NCBI GenBank assembly: GCA_947258695.1
Contig: CAMYJG010000007.1
Span: 5,173-69,172, forward strand
Length of the DNA stretch: 64,000 nt
Direction: 5' to 3'
DNA from: an uncultured Ectothiorhodospiraceae bacterium
Lineage (GTDB): Bacteria; Pseudomonadota; Gammaproteobacteria; UBA6429; Thiohalophilaceae
Shown: positions 53,307 to 62,251 of the stretch, one piece after another
Layout: every line of letters starts with the position of its first letter
Numbering within the stretch: the stretch's first letter is position 1
Notes under the pieces: model-generated
Told to the model about the DNA's origin: nothing
The model's input: only the letters and a program-made list of their open reading frames with translations
The model's database searches: none
Translations under genes and position numbers: made by a program

Positions 53307-53756
53307 TTAGGGCACAAAACGTACTTCGAGTTTACGTTTACTTCTCTCAGCGACAGTTGCGATTCCATTAGCACAATCATTTGAATAGCCATAGCAACCA
53401 ATTGCAGAAATATTGTAGTAGTCACGTGATAGGATAGTATTTTTTAAAAAAACAACTTGTGACGATGTATTGTTGAGACCCGCATTAGAAAACGAAAGAG
53501 AAAAATTGTCATTATTATCCAGGGTGATGGTTCCTGTATCGGACAATACAGCCTGGTACATCCCCCATTGCAATGCAGATTGTCCTGCGAAATAAGCCTG
53601 TAATGAGGATATATCTTGATTGATGGCTTGTTGACCGGAAGTAAAAATACGCGACATTGATACACCTAAAAATGACAGCACAACAATTAAAAATAAAGCG
53701 CTGATAATAGCAAAGCCTTTTTGTTTTCTGTTATTGATTTTAAATTTAGGGAACAT
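53307..53756 (-). CDS. mshP: MshP-like protein
   Basis: The likely start is the ATG at 53756 (MFPKFKINNRKQKGFAIISALFLIVVL…); the track ORF extends to 53801. It has an N-terminal hydrophobic anchor. It follows mshO. Confidence 0.6.
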   Translation of the reverse strand: MFPKFKINNRKQKGFAIISALFLIVVLSFLGVSMSRIFTSGQQAINQDISSLQAYFAGQSALQWGMYQAVLSDTGTITLDNNDNFSLSFSNAGLNNTSSQVVFLKNTILSRDYYNISAIGCYGYSNDCANGIATVAERSKRKLEVRFVP

Positions 53757-54591
53757 TGTAAACGTGCGCCTCATGAATAAGCTGAATTTTTTCGCCTTCA
53801 TCTTCTACGGTCATTTCTATATGCAACAACCCTGAGCGTTGTAATGCACCCGGGTTAAATTGAAAGGATAGGTTAGAGACATTTTGTAGTAATAAATGTG
53901 ACTCAACAGCTGTTTCAGGATTAGTAAAGTTATTTGCACTCTTCCCCCACATCAAATCGGTACCTTGAAGAAAAAACATTGTGCTATGAGGTTTAATAAT
54001 ATGAAAACGTCGTGTTGGTGAATTAAGCGGAAAAGAAAAATTAATATCCAGTTGTACCCGAACTATCTGTTCTCCAGGAGCCGGTACAATATTTGTTAAA
54101 GTATCAATTTTTCTGGCGTTGTTTCCTGAATATATATTTGAATTATTAATATTATAAACAGCAATCCAGTCAACGCCTTCGGTTGCATTTAAGTTGGCTT
54201 TATCTGATTCAGAAACAATATCAAATTCATTATCACTGATGGGAGTAACAGGTAATGGTTTTTTGGGCATGCTGGGATAATTTCCCGTAGTATTTTGGTA
54301 ATAACCCGCATCTTTAATACTAACAAAATACACTTTACTTTCTGCACTTGATACACATGCACCGTTGTAAACACAGACACTGTTTGGTAAAGCATGTCGT
54401 ACTTCACGAGATATACGTTCAATAGCCAGCTGAGCAGACGTTTGCATCATAGTGCGACGCGAGGTGGCATCATAATTCTCTAAATAGTTTCCAATAATTA
54501 AGCTAACGGTAGACGCGACAATACCGACAATAATGATAGTAATGATGCTCTCTACCAGGGTAAAACCTTTTTGTTGATTAGTCATTATCAT
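53746..54591 (-). CDS. mshO: MshO-like minor pilin
   Basis: 281 aa with the prepilin motif KGFTLVESIITIIIV. Its ATG overlaps the mshD stop (TAATG). Confidence 0.7.
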   Translation of the reverse strand: MIMTNQQKGFTLVESIITIIIVGIVASTVSLIIGNYLENYDATSRRTMMQTSAQLAIERISREVRHALPNSVCVYNGACVSSAESKVYFVSIKDAGYYQNTTGNYPSMPKKPLPVTPISDNEFDIVSESDKANLNATEGVDWIAVYNINNSNIYSGNNARKIDTLTNIVPAPGEQIVRVQLDINFSFPLNSPTRRFHIIKPHSTMFFLQGTDLMWGKSANNFTNPETAVESHLLLQNVSNLSFQFNPGALQRSGLLHIEMTVEDEGEKIQLIHEAHVYNVP

Positions 54592-55250
54592 TAAAAGTTA
54601 GCTTTATAAGTGGTAAAGGTTAATCGGGCATCAAGTGGGTCACGAATTATTAAGTCAATTCGCTTTGCATCATTAACTGGCATGGTCAAAGGGGTATTTG
54701 TTGTCGCACCAAGTGCTGCAAAGTTGTTTAACTCAGTTCCAGCATAAGAAACTTGAATGCATGCAGAGTAGCCTGAATAATTGTTTTCAATGCTTGTCCC
54801 GGTTTCATCAATAAAGCCATTTGGGCTAGCGGGACAACTACCAGGTGCACAAGGTGAAGGAGGGTTTGTGACACCAGCACCACAATAGGCTAAATTATGA
54901 TAATCATCGACATCATCAAAACGAGAGCGAGATTCACCTGCATCAATTCCAAACGTTGAAAAGGCAGTTGATGAGTTACAAGCAGTATCTACACCACTAC
55001 CAATACAACCGCCACCAGCGGGTGTGTTTTCATCATAACCTTTACTTCGAATTTCATCCAATATTGCCTGGGATAGCTCGACAGTCTTTAAACTGAGCAT
55101 AGCATCAGCACTATGTCGCGTAGTGTAAAGATAAACACTGATAACACCCGTTAATCCAACCGCTATTATTAAAATAAAAATAATAGCTTCAATTAAGCTT
55201 AAACCAGCTTGTGAATCAGAAAATATGCGCATAGCCTGTTTCCTGCTCAA
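54591..55250 (-). CDS. mshD: MshD-like minor pilin
   Basis: 219 aa with a prepilin-like N-terminus AGLSLIEAIIFILII. An alternative start lies at 55232. The globular domain is Cys-rich. Confidence 0.65.
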   Translation of the reverse strand: MSRKQAMRIFSDSQAGLSLIEAIIFILIIAVGLTGVISVYLYTTRHSADAMLSLKTVELSQAILDEIRSKGYDENTPAGGGCIGSGVDTACNSSTAFSTFGIDAGESRSRFDDVDDYHNLAYCGAGVTNPPSPCAPGSCPASPNGFIDETGTSIENNYSGYSACIQVSYAGTELNNFAALGATTNTPLTMPVNDAKRIDLIIRDPLDARLTFTTYKANF

Positions 55251-55638
55251 CAGTCAGGGTAAATGGGGATATTGAGATTGTACTAACACTATTTGGTATG
55301 GGTCGACCTAACTGGTCAAACGCGATCGTCCTGGGAGTGCTAACTAAATTGTTAGGGATAGTTTTACTGAAAGATGTACTACCATCAGGATGTCGAACGT
55401 TTGTGCCGTCTGATTTTTCTACACTGTAACTGGTTGTTGTAATGATGATGCGGTGATTTTCGCCGCGGGTCATGGACAAACGTTGTGCGTGACGTATAGC
55501 GGTAATCAATTCATCAGCAATACCACGTGCCTTGAAGTCATCGTCGCTTAGAAATTTAGGTGCAATGAATGTTGAAAGGATACCTATTAATAGGACAACA
55601 ACAATCAATTCTACGATTGTGAAGCCATTGATTTTCAT
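55216..55638 (-). CDS. mshC: MshC-like minor pilin (GspH/FimT-like)
   Basis: 140 aa starting MKINGFTIVELIVVVLLIGIL. Confidence 0.7.
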   Translation of the reverse strand: MKINGFTIVELIVVVLLIGILSTFIAPKFLSDDDFKARGIADELITAIRHAQRLSMTRGENHRIIITTTSYSVEKSDGTNVRHPDGSTSFSKTIPNNLVSTPRTIAFDQLGRPIPNSVSTISISPFTLTVEQETGYAHIF

Positions 55639-55653
55639 AATATTGCAATAGAT

Positions 55654-55683
55654 ACAGGCATCTATAAAAATATAGATGCCTGT
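55654..55683 (-). terminator. 13-bp perfect hairpin immediately downstream of the major pilin gene; attenuator or RNA stabiliser
   Basis: ACAGGCATCTATA-AAAA-TATAGATGCCTGT. It lies between the mshA stop (55702) and the mshC start (55638). There is no clear U-tract on the minus strand. Confidence 0.55.
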
Positions 55684-55701
55684 TTACTTTAAATTATTCC
55701 A

Positions 55702-56208
55702 TTAAGGAGTGTCATCAATAGTGATAGCACCTGTACTGAAGTTATAGCCTATACTAATAGTGTTTAGTGCTTGACGTGTGTAAGTACAATTATTTGCAGC
55801 ATATAAAGCACTATAGTCATTAGTAGTTGCAGGACTAGCAACTGCTACAGGACCGTTTTGTTGGAATAAATTATTCCACAATTCTGCGCAGTCAGTACTA
55901 TCAGCAGCAGCAGCAGAAGTACCTGAAACGAGAACTACATGTTCTGGATAACCTGTACCATTAATGTAAGCGAAAGTACCTGTATCAATTTGGTATTCAG
56001 CCCCTGTAGTTGATTTGCCCTGAGCAATCCATTTGGCATGGGTAAGTGTAATAGCAGCTTGAAATGCACCGGCAGCACCGTTATGGGCGCCGACTTGGGC
56101 TTCATTTTCTATATTTACGAACTTAGGCAATGCTGTTGCTGACAAAATACCTAGTATTAGAATAACCACGATTAGCTCTATGAGCGTAAATCCAGCTTGT
56201 TTTTTCAT
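55702..56208 (-). CDS. mshA: MSHA-type major pilin
   Basis: 168 aa starting MKKQAGFTLIELIVVILILGILSATALPKF, a class III signal with the G/FTLIE processing site. Confidence 0.8.
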   Translation of the reverse strand: MKKQAGFTLIELIVVILILGILSATALPKFVNIENEAQVGAHNGAAGAFQAAITLTHAKWIAQGKSTTGAEYQIDTGTFAYINGTGYPEHVVLVSGTSAAAADSTDCAELWNNLFQQNGPVAVASPATTNDYSALYAANNCTYTRQALNTISIGYNFSTGAITIDDTP

Positions 56209-56366
56209 GAGTGTAACTCCCGAGTGTTAATGCAACCGCAGTTGCGAAAAATGCTTTACCGCGGTAAACCTAGAAAATCATAAAAATCATTAAGTTAAAT
56301 AATATACTTAATGTAAATTTATAGCAAAAAAGGGCTTAAAAGCAAGTTTTATATCGGTCAACTGGC

Positions 56367-57005
56367 TTAAATATTAAATTTTTCCATATTTAGTAAGATA
56401 ATTGCTGCGGCAACCAGGATAATGGCACCAAACTGGCGTGGAAACTGGTCTAGTAATTTATCAGCCTGGCCGCGATCTTCGCTCATAAACTGCATTTTTT
56501 GACGGGTAGATACCCAGGTATTGGCTTTTTCTTCCAGTGGCTTTAGCTGGCTGGGGCGAAGGAGGATTAAAAACCCCATTAAAAAAACAATCACGGACAT
56601 AATGCCAAAAAATACCTGGAAGGCTTGTAGTAACCATTCCCAGGTTAATACCGTGAGTCCGGGTAGATTTTTAGCCAACTCTTCAAAATTTAATTCCCAG
56701 AATAATAAATAAAGTAAATAAATGGCGCCAAGTATGAGTAATATGCCTGAAATTTTTGCGTGTCGATAAAATTTGGATTCGATATGAACAGGTTTTTCTA
56801 ATGGCTTGGTAGTTTCACGTAGTGAAAAGCTTTTATTAATTCTTTGATTTAATTTAAGTGCAGTTGTGGGTGAAATGATTAACCAAAGACCATATAACAT
56901 TGAGAGCGCAGTACCGACTATTATGATGTGAAAAAAAGTGTTTTCAAGAATATTGGTTAATATTTCCATAGTGTTCTCCCAATAATTATTAATATTACTT
57001 TTCAA
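56367..57005 (-). CDS. Hypothetical 4-TM membrane protein embedded in the msh block
   Basis: 212 aa with four hydrophobic segments and no motif I recognise. It overlaps the mshF-like 3' end by 11 nt. It occupies the slot where V. cholerae has mshB. Confidence 0.5.
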   Translation of the reverse strand: MKSNINNYWENTMEILTNILENTFFHIIIVGTALSMLYGLWLIISPTTALKLNQRINKSFSLRETTKPLEKPVHIESKFYRHAKISGILLILGAIYLLYLLFWELNFEELAKNLPGLTVLTWEWLLQAFQVFFGIMSVIVFLMGFLILLRPSQLKPLEEKANTWVSTRQKMQFMSEDRGQADKLLDQFPRQFGAIILVAAAIILLNMEKFNI

Positions 57006-57453
57006 CTAACCAACGATAGTATTCTTTTTTAATCATATCGAGACCATTGATATCATCAATGCCTTTGTCAAAGCGTTTATTATTGTTGTTATCTTTATAT
57101 ACTAACTGTAGTTGATGGCGAGTTCGTTTTATACCTTTTACACTGGTTTGAAAGTTTTCCGGGTAGGAAACAATGTAACTTAAACTTTTATCACTTTTAT
57201 CAAAATACCACACCCCTTTTTCTTTTATTGATTGTATATCTTTAATTTCACCAAGATAATTATTTGGTTTTTGTAAAAATAAATCTAATGGATTTGTTTT
57301 ATTTAATAATGCAATTTTGTCATAGATACGGTATTTCCATACACGATCTAAAACAATAAGGCCTAAGAAGCCAATGCAGACAATGACAATAACCAGTTCT
57401 AATAAGGTAAAGCCGTTTTGCGTTTTATTATAAGAATAGAAAAGGCGTTTCAT
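56995..57453 (-). CDS. mshF: MshF-like protein with a prepilin-type N-terminus
   Basis: The likely ATG at 57453 gives MKRLFYSYNKTQNGFTLLELVIVIV… and overlaps the mshG stop (TAATG). The track ORF extends 28 codons further upstream. Confidence 0.6.
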   Translation of the reverse strand: MKRLFYSYNKTQNGFTLLELVIVIVCIGFLGLIVLDRVWKYRIYDKIALLNKTNPLDLFLQKPNNYLGEIKDIQSIKEKGVWYFDKSDKSLSYIVSYPENFQTSVKGIKRTRHQLQLVYKDNNNNKRFDKGIDDINGLDMIKKEYYRWLVEK

Positions 57454-58688
57454 TAACCACCTTTTGCTGCAGACATTAAATCCCACATCGGCAAGAATAC
57501 ACCTAAGGCTAAGACTAATACCATTGCACCAATACAAACAATCAGTATCGGCTCAATTGCGCTGGTCAGGTTTTTAACTTCATAGTCAACTTCACGATCA
57601 TAAAAGTCAGCGACCTCACTAAGCATGTCATCGACATTACCGGTTTCTTCACCAACCGTGAGCATTTGAATAACCAGCGGGGTAAACATCTCAGTCGCTG
57701 CCGCAGTACGGGTAAGGGTATCACCACGTTCTATACCATTTCGCATATCTGATATATGTCCGCCAATAAATGCATTATCAACGGCACGTGATACCAGGGT
57801 AAGCCCTGTTACCAGGGGTACACCTGCATTTAAAGCCATTGAAAATGAGCGGGCAAAGCGGGATAAGGTGGCACGTAAAATAATACTGCCAACAATCGGG
57901 ATACGTGTTTTAGCACGATCCCATTGCCAATGGCCTTTTTCTGTTTTGACATAATAACGCGCACCAAAAATACTAATAATTAAAACAGACAATAAAACCG
58001 GCCAATACTCGACAGTAAAGTTTGAGGTACCTATAAGTATACGTGTTGCTAAAGGAAGTTCGGCGCCGAAACCGGAAAAAACTTTAGCAAAGGTCGGTAT
58101 CACCCACATATTAATAATAAACATGGCAACAGCAATAGCGATAACAACAAAGGTGGGGTAACGCATTGCAGATTTTATTTGATTGCGGGTTTCTTTTTCA
58201 CGTTCCAGGTATTCAGATATTTGTAAAAAAACATCATCCAGGTTACCGGTATTTTCACCGACCTGAACCATGCTAACAAACAGGTGTGAAAAAATATCTG
58301 GGTGCTGAGCCAGTGCAGTAGACAGTTCATGGCCACCTTCAATCTCAAGGCGAACAGTATGTAATGTGGTTGATAAACGGTGATTACGAGTTGTGTCTGC
58401 AAGACCGGTGATGGCGCGAAGTATCGGTACGCCTGCATGCATTAAAGTGTACATTTGCCTTGAAAAAAGAACTAAATCATCAAGCGTTGGTTTTTTGTTT
58501 TTACTAAAATCAAAGTTTAATGTGTTATCAGCATTGTCTTCTGAATCTTGGTTCGCTGAAATAATATCAATAGGTGTAATACCGCTGCTGAGTAACTGTG
58601 AGGCAACTGCATCCGCAGAATTTGCTTCAATATTACCATTAACCGTTTGTCCCTGGTTGTCGCGACCCTTGTATTCAAATTGCGGCAT
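57453..58688 (-). CDS. mshG: Type IV pilus platform protein MshG (GspF/PilC family)
   Basis: 411 aa with a duplicated GspF domain and 3 TM helices. Confidence 0.9.
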   Translation of the reverse strand: MPQFEYKGRDNQGQTVNGNIEANSADAVASQLLSSGITPIDIISANQDSEDNADNTLNFDFSKNKKPTLDDLVLFSRQMYTLMHAGVPILRAITGLADTTRNHRLSTTLHTVRLEIEGGHELSTALAQHPDIFSHLFVSMVQVGENTGNLDDVFLQISEYLEREKETRNQIKSAMRYPTFVVIAIAVAMFIINMWVIPTFAKVFSGFGAELPLATRILIGTSNFTVEYWPVLLSVLIISIFGARYYVKTEKGHWQWDRAKTRIPIVGSIILRATLSRFARSFSMALNAGVPLVTGLTLVSRAVDNAFIGGHISDMRNGIERGDTLTRTAAATEMFTPLVIQMLTVGEETGNVDDMLSEVADFYDREVDYEVKNLTSAIEPILIVCIGAMVLVLALGVFLPMWDLMSAAKGG

Positions 58689-58721
58689 GCTGTTATTTAT
58701 CCAAATCCACAGTTATTTATT

Positions 58722-60473
58722 TTATTCACTCTCAAGCTGAAAGTCTGGTTCTTCAAGATCTTCTTCTACCATGCCGGTTACCCGAATAACTTCTTCGAGT
58801 GAAGTAACCCCTTGTGTTGCATATTCCATGGCATGTTTTGAAAAAGGTCTGAAGTTTGTACTGGCCCTGGCATGTTTGGCAAAGGCTGCAGAATCTTCCC
58901 GGCGTAAGTCATCTGCAAGATCATCATCAATTTCAAGGAACTCAAAAACACCAACTCGTCCACTATAACCGGTGTTATTACAATGAGGGCAACCCTGGCC
59001 ATGATAGAAGCTGGCACTTTCTGCGTTTTCTCCGAGTAAGTTATATAACCAAACCGTTTCCTGTTTTTCAGGTGTGTATTCAGTTTTACAGCTGCTACAA
59101 ATTTTTCTTACCAGTCGTTGTGCTAAAACAGCACGTAATGCTGTGGCGACAAGAAAACCTTCGGCGCCCATATCGATTAAACGATTAACCGTGGAGATAG
59201 CATCATTGGTATGCAAGGTAGATAAAACTAAGTGACCGGTAATGGAAGCACGTAAACCAATCGAGGAGGTTTCGTTATCACGCATTTCACCCACTAACAC
59301 GATATCGGGATCTTGCCGTAATGCAGCACGTAAAACAGTAGCAAAATCTAATCCTATTTTAGCGTTAACCTGCACCTGGTTAATCCGCGGTAAACGGTAT
59401 TCAACCGGATCTTCGACGGTAATGATTTTCTTTTCTGCTTGATTTAACTCAGATAAGGCGGCATACAAGGTCGTGGTTTTACCAGAGCCTGTTGGACCAG
59501 TAACCAGGATCATGCCATGGGGGCGATGTATATTTTTTCTGAAGTGTTCCAGTAATTCTCCATCCATTCCCAGTTGATCGAGTACCAGGGCATTACCAGA
59601 TTGATCAAGTAAACGCATAACAACAGATTCACCATTTTGAATAGGCATGGTGGAAAGACGAACATCGATACTGCGTTCACGTATACGAATATTAAAACGT
59701 CCGTCTTGTGGTATACGGCGTTCAGAAATATTTAAACCGGCCATCAGTTTTAAGCGAGATACCAGCGCACCGGCAATGCGCTTTTCTTTCATTACCTGTT
59801 CTTGAAGAATGCCGTCAACACGAGTGCGAATACGTAAAACACTTTCATCCGGTTCAATGTGAATATCGGAAGCACCAATTTGTACGGCATCTTCAAAGAT
59901 TGATTGCAGCAGTTTAACAACCGGTGCATTGGCAACATCTTCACCCTGTACTAACTCCTGTAAATCAATATCGGTTTCAGCCAGTTCGTCACCCAGTTCT
60001 TCCGCCAAGTCAGAAATTTCACTGGTACGTCGATAGACCATGTCGATAGTCGACATAACTTCTGTTTCACGACAAACCGCGAGATGCAGGTGGCACTTTA
60101 ATTGTTTGGAGAGTTCGTCATAGGCAAAAATATCGGTCGGATCGGCCATGCCGACGAGCAGGCTACCATCAGGGTTTTTTTTCAAAGAAACAACACGATA
60201 GCGACGCGCCAGCGTTTCAGGAATGATCTGAATTGTTTCAGCATCGTAGTTGTAGTGTTTAAGATCGATAAAAGGAACTTGTAGCTGGGTAGAGAGTAAT
60301 TCCAGCATTTGATCTTCAGTTACCAGGCCACTGCTGATTAAGGTACGGCCTAATTTTTGTCCGGTTTTCTTTTGTGCGGCTAATGACTGCATGAGCTGGT
60401 CTTCAGTGATCAGACCTTTCTCAACCAGTAAATCTCCCAGCCGAATTTTTTTACGTGGTGCGGTAGCCGCCAT
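58722..60473 (-). CDS. mshE: MSHA pilus extension ATPase MshE with an N-terminal c-di-GMP-binding MshEN domain
   Basis: 583 aa with tandem MshEN motifs RLGDLLVEKGLITEDQLMQSLAAQ and KLGRTLISSGLVTEDQMLELLSTQ. It has Walker A motif GPTGSGKTTT and a tetracysteine motif (CSSC…CPHC). Confidence 0.9.
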   Translation of the reverse strand: MAATAPRKKIRLGDLLVEKGLITEDQLMQSLAAQKKTGQKLGRTLISSGLVTEDQMLELLSTQLQVPFIDLKHYNYDAETIQIIPETLARRYRVVSLKKNPDGSLLVGMADPTDIFAYDELSKQLKCHLHLAVCRETEVMSTIDMVYRRTSEISDLAEELGDELAETDIDLQELVQGEDVANAPVVKLLQSIFEDAVQIGASDIHIEPDESVLRIRTRVDGILQEQVMKEKRIAGALVSRLKLMAGLNISERRIPQDGRFNIRIRERSIDVRLSTMPIQNGESVVMRLLDQSGNALVLDQLGMDGELLEHFRKNIHRPHGMILVTGPTGSGKTTTLYAALSELNQAEKKIITVEDPVEYRLPRINQVQVNAKIGLDFATVLRAALRQDPDIVLVGEMRDNETSSIGLRASITGHLVLSTLHTNDAISTVNRLIDMGAEGFLVATALRAVLAQRLVRKICSSCKTEYTPEKQETVWLYNLLGENAESASFYHGQGCPHCNNTGYSGRVGVFEFLEIDDDLADDLRREDSAAFAKHARASTNFRPFSKHAMEYATQGVTSLEEVIRVTGMVEEDLEEPDFQLESE

Positions 60474-60556
60474 ATTTGGCTCCTGAAATGCTATGTCATA
60501 CCGTATTATTGTTAGATTATGCCTTTTATAGCGGCATCTCTACAAATTAGATAAGG

Positions 60557-61498
60557 TTAATTTAGCGTTAAGGTTCCAACTAATTCAGAGACATTATTAA
60601 AGTTATGTTTTTGTAAGTAGTCTGCAATGCCCTGGTTCATTTTTTTACATATTAGAGGGTCATAAAATAAAGCGGTACCCACACCAATACCGGTGGCGCC
60701 AGCAATTAAAAATTCAATGGCATCCTCGGCGGTAGTGATACCACCCTGGCCGATAATGGGAATATTATGATCACGGCAAACTTGAAACACCTGGTGTGTT
60801 TTAAGCAGGGCAATGGGTTTAATCGCGGGACCGGATAAACCACCCTGGTTATTACCAATCAATGGTGAGCGAGATTCAATATCAATAGCCATCCCCATCA
60901 TGGTATTGATGACAGCGAATCCATCGGTACCTGCTTCGATACAACGCCTGGCATTTTCAGCGATATCCGTTTGATTAGGTGAAAGCTTGGTAATAATGGG
61001 TTTGTCAGTGGCTTTACGACAGACTTCGACCACACGGGCAGACATTTCAGGATCATTACCAAAAGCAACGCCACCACATTTTACATTCGGGCAGGAAATA
61101 TTGATTTCGATGGCATCGATATCTGTGTTATCAAAAAGTTTGGCAATTTCTTCGTAATCTTCAATGGTCGAGCCGGCTACGTTAATAATAAAGCGAGTTT
61201 CATCCGCGGGTAATGTAGGTAAAATTTCATTAATGACATGCTCAGCGCCAGGATTTTGTAAGCCGATGGCATTAATCATACCCATGGGGGTTTCATAAAC
61301 ACGATGTGGTTGGTTGCCTAAACGCGGCTCAACCGTTGTCCCCTTAAGACAAACAGCACCAACATCCTCGTTTGAGTAGCCTTCAACACGGGTATATTCT
61401 TCACCAAACCCGACACAGCCGGATAAAAGCACCAGCGGTGTGCTGAAATCCATGCCGCAAAATTCAGTTTTCAGTAAGTCTTTGTTCTTAATCGTCAT
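60557..61498 (-). CDS. Class 1 (1B-like) dihydroorotate dehydrogenase family protein
   Basis: 313-aa TIM-barrel flavoenzyme with the active-site Cys motif EINISCPNVKCGG and a C-terminal GGITTAEDAIEF block. Confidence 0.75.
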   Translation of the reverse strand: MTIKNKDLLKTEFCGMDFSTPLVLLSGCVGFGEEYTRVEGYSNEDVGAVCLKGTTVEPRLGNQPHRVYETPMGMINAIGLQNPGAEHVINEILPTLPADETRFIINVAGSTIEDYEEIAKLFDNTDIDAIEINISCPNVKCGGVAFGNDPEMSARVVEVCRKATDKPIITKLSPNQTDIAENARRCIEAGTDGFAVINTMMGMAIDIESRSPLIGNNQGGLSGPAIKPIALLKTHQVFQVCRDHNIPIIGQGGITTAEDAIEFLIAGATGIGVGTALFYDPLICKKMNQGIADYLQKHNFNNVSELVGTLTLN

Positions 61499-61546
61499 AT
61501 CCGAGAAGATACAAGGAAGAAGGCGAAAGGTACAGAAAAAAGATAA

Positions 61547-61683
61547 GCCACCAAGGGCACGAAGAACACGAAGATAAAAATAAATAACGCCTAGAGCATG
61601 GGATAATCTTAAAATATACTTTTCCCGAGAATTCCGTGGTTTAAAAGTATAATAACTTGGTGTTCTTCGTGCCCTTGGTGGCT
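61547..61683. repeat. Family-A palindromic element (A4)
   Basis: Arms are GCCACCAAGGGCACGAAGAACACGAAG (61547..61573) and CTTGGTGTTCTTCGTGCCCTTGGTGGC (61656..61683). The inner module is degenerate. It lies in the divergent pyrD-like/trmL spacer. Confidence 0.88.
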
Positions 61684-61711
61684 ATTTTTATGTTTTGTGG
61701 TTAAATAAATT

Positions 61712-62176
61712 ATGTTTCATATTGTTCTGTTTGAGCCTGAGATTCCGGCAAATACCGGTAATATCATTCGTTTGTGTGCCAACACCGGTACTCAATTGCA
61801 CCTGATACGCCCTCTGGGTTTTGAGATGGATGATAAAAAACTGCGCCGGGCAGGGCTTGATTATCATGAATTTGCTGCGGTACAGGAATATGATTCGTTA
61901 GAGCAGTTTGTCGACAAGGTAAAACCAAATCGGGTGTTTGGTATTTCGACCAAAGGTCAAAAATACGTGCATGATATTGATTACCAGGAAGGTGATGCCT
62001 TGTTATTTGGCCCGGAAACGCGCGGTTTACCTGAAGAAGTCAGAAATAACCTGGGAATCGACCATGTGTTACGGATACCTATGCAGCCAACCAACCGTAG
62101 TCTGAATTTATCAAATGCGGTCACCTTAATGGTCTACGAAGCATGGCGCCAATTAGGATTTAAGGGTAGTGTATAA
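61712..62176 (+). CDS. trmL: tRNA (cytidine/uridine(34)-2'-O)-methyltransferase TrmL
   Basis: 154-aa SpoU/TrmH-fold protein beginning [26 protein letters not shown] and containing the NLSNAV knot motif. Confidence 0.9.
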   Translation: MFHIVLFEPEIPANTGNIIRLCANTGTQLHLIRPLGFEMDDKKLRRAGLDYHEFAAVQEYDSLEQFVDKVKPNRVFGISTKGQKYVHDIDYQEGDALLFGPETRGLPEEVRNNLGIDHVLRIPMQPTNRSLNLSNAVTLMVYEAWRQLGFKGSV

Positions 62177-62251
62177 GGGTTTTTAGTCGTTAAAATAACA
62201 AATAAAAGATCATAAGTATTTCTAATACTAAAAAGACTTCGTCTTAATTTT

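Noticed and set aside
56209-56366. Sigma54 promoter upstream of the major pilin gene; small palindromes TTTACCGCGGTAAA and GCAACCGCAGTTGC
   Set aside because: The best minus-strand candidate (TCGCAACTGCGGTTGCA) lacks the GG dinucleotide and has the GC element one nt out of register. The palindromes are short single copies. I cannot support a specific regulatory call.
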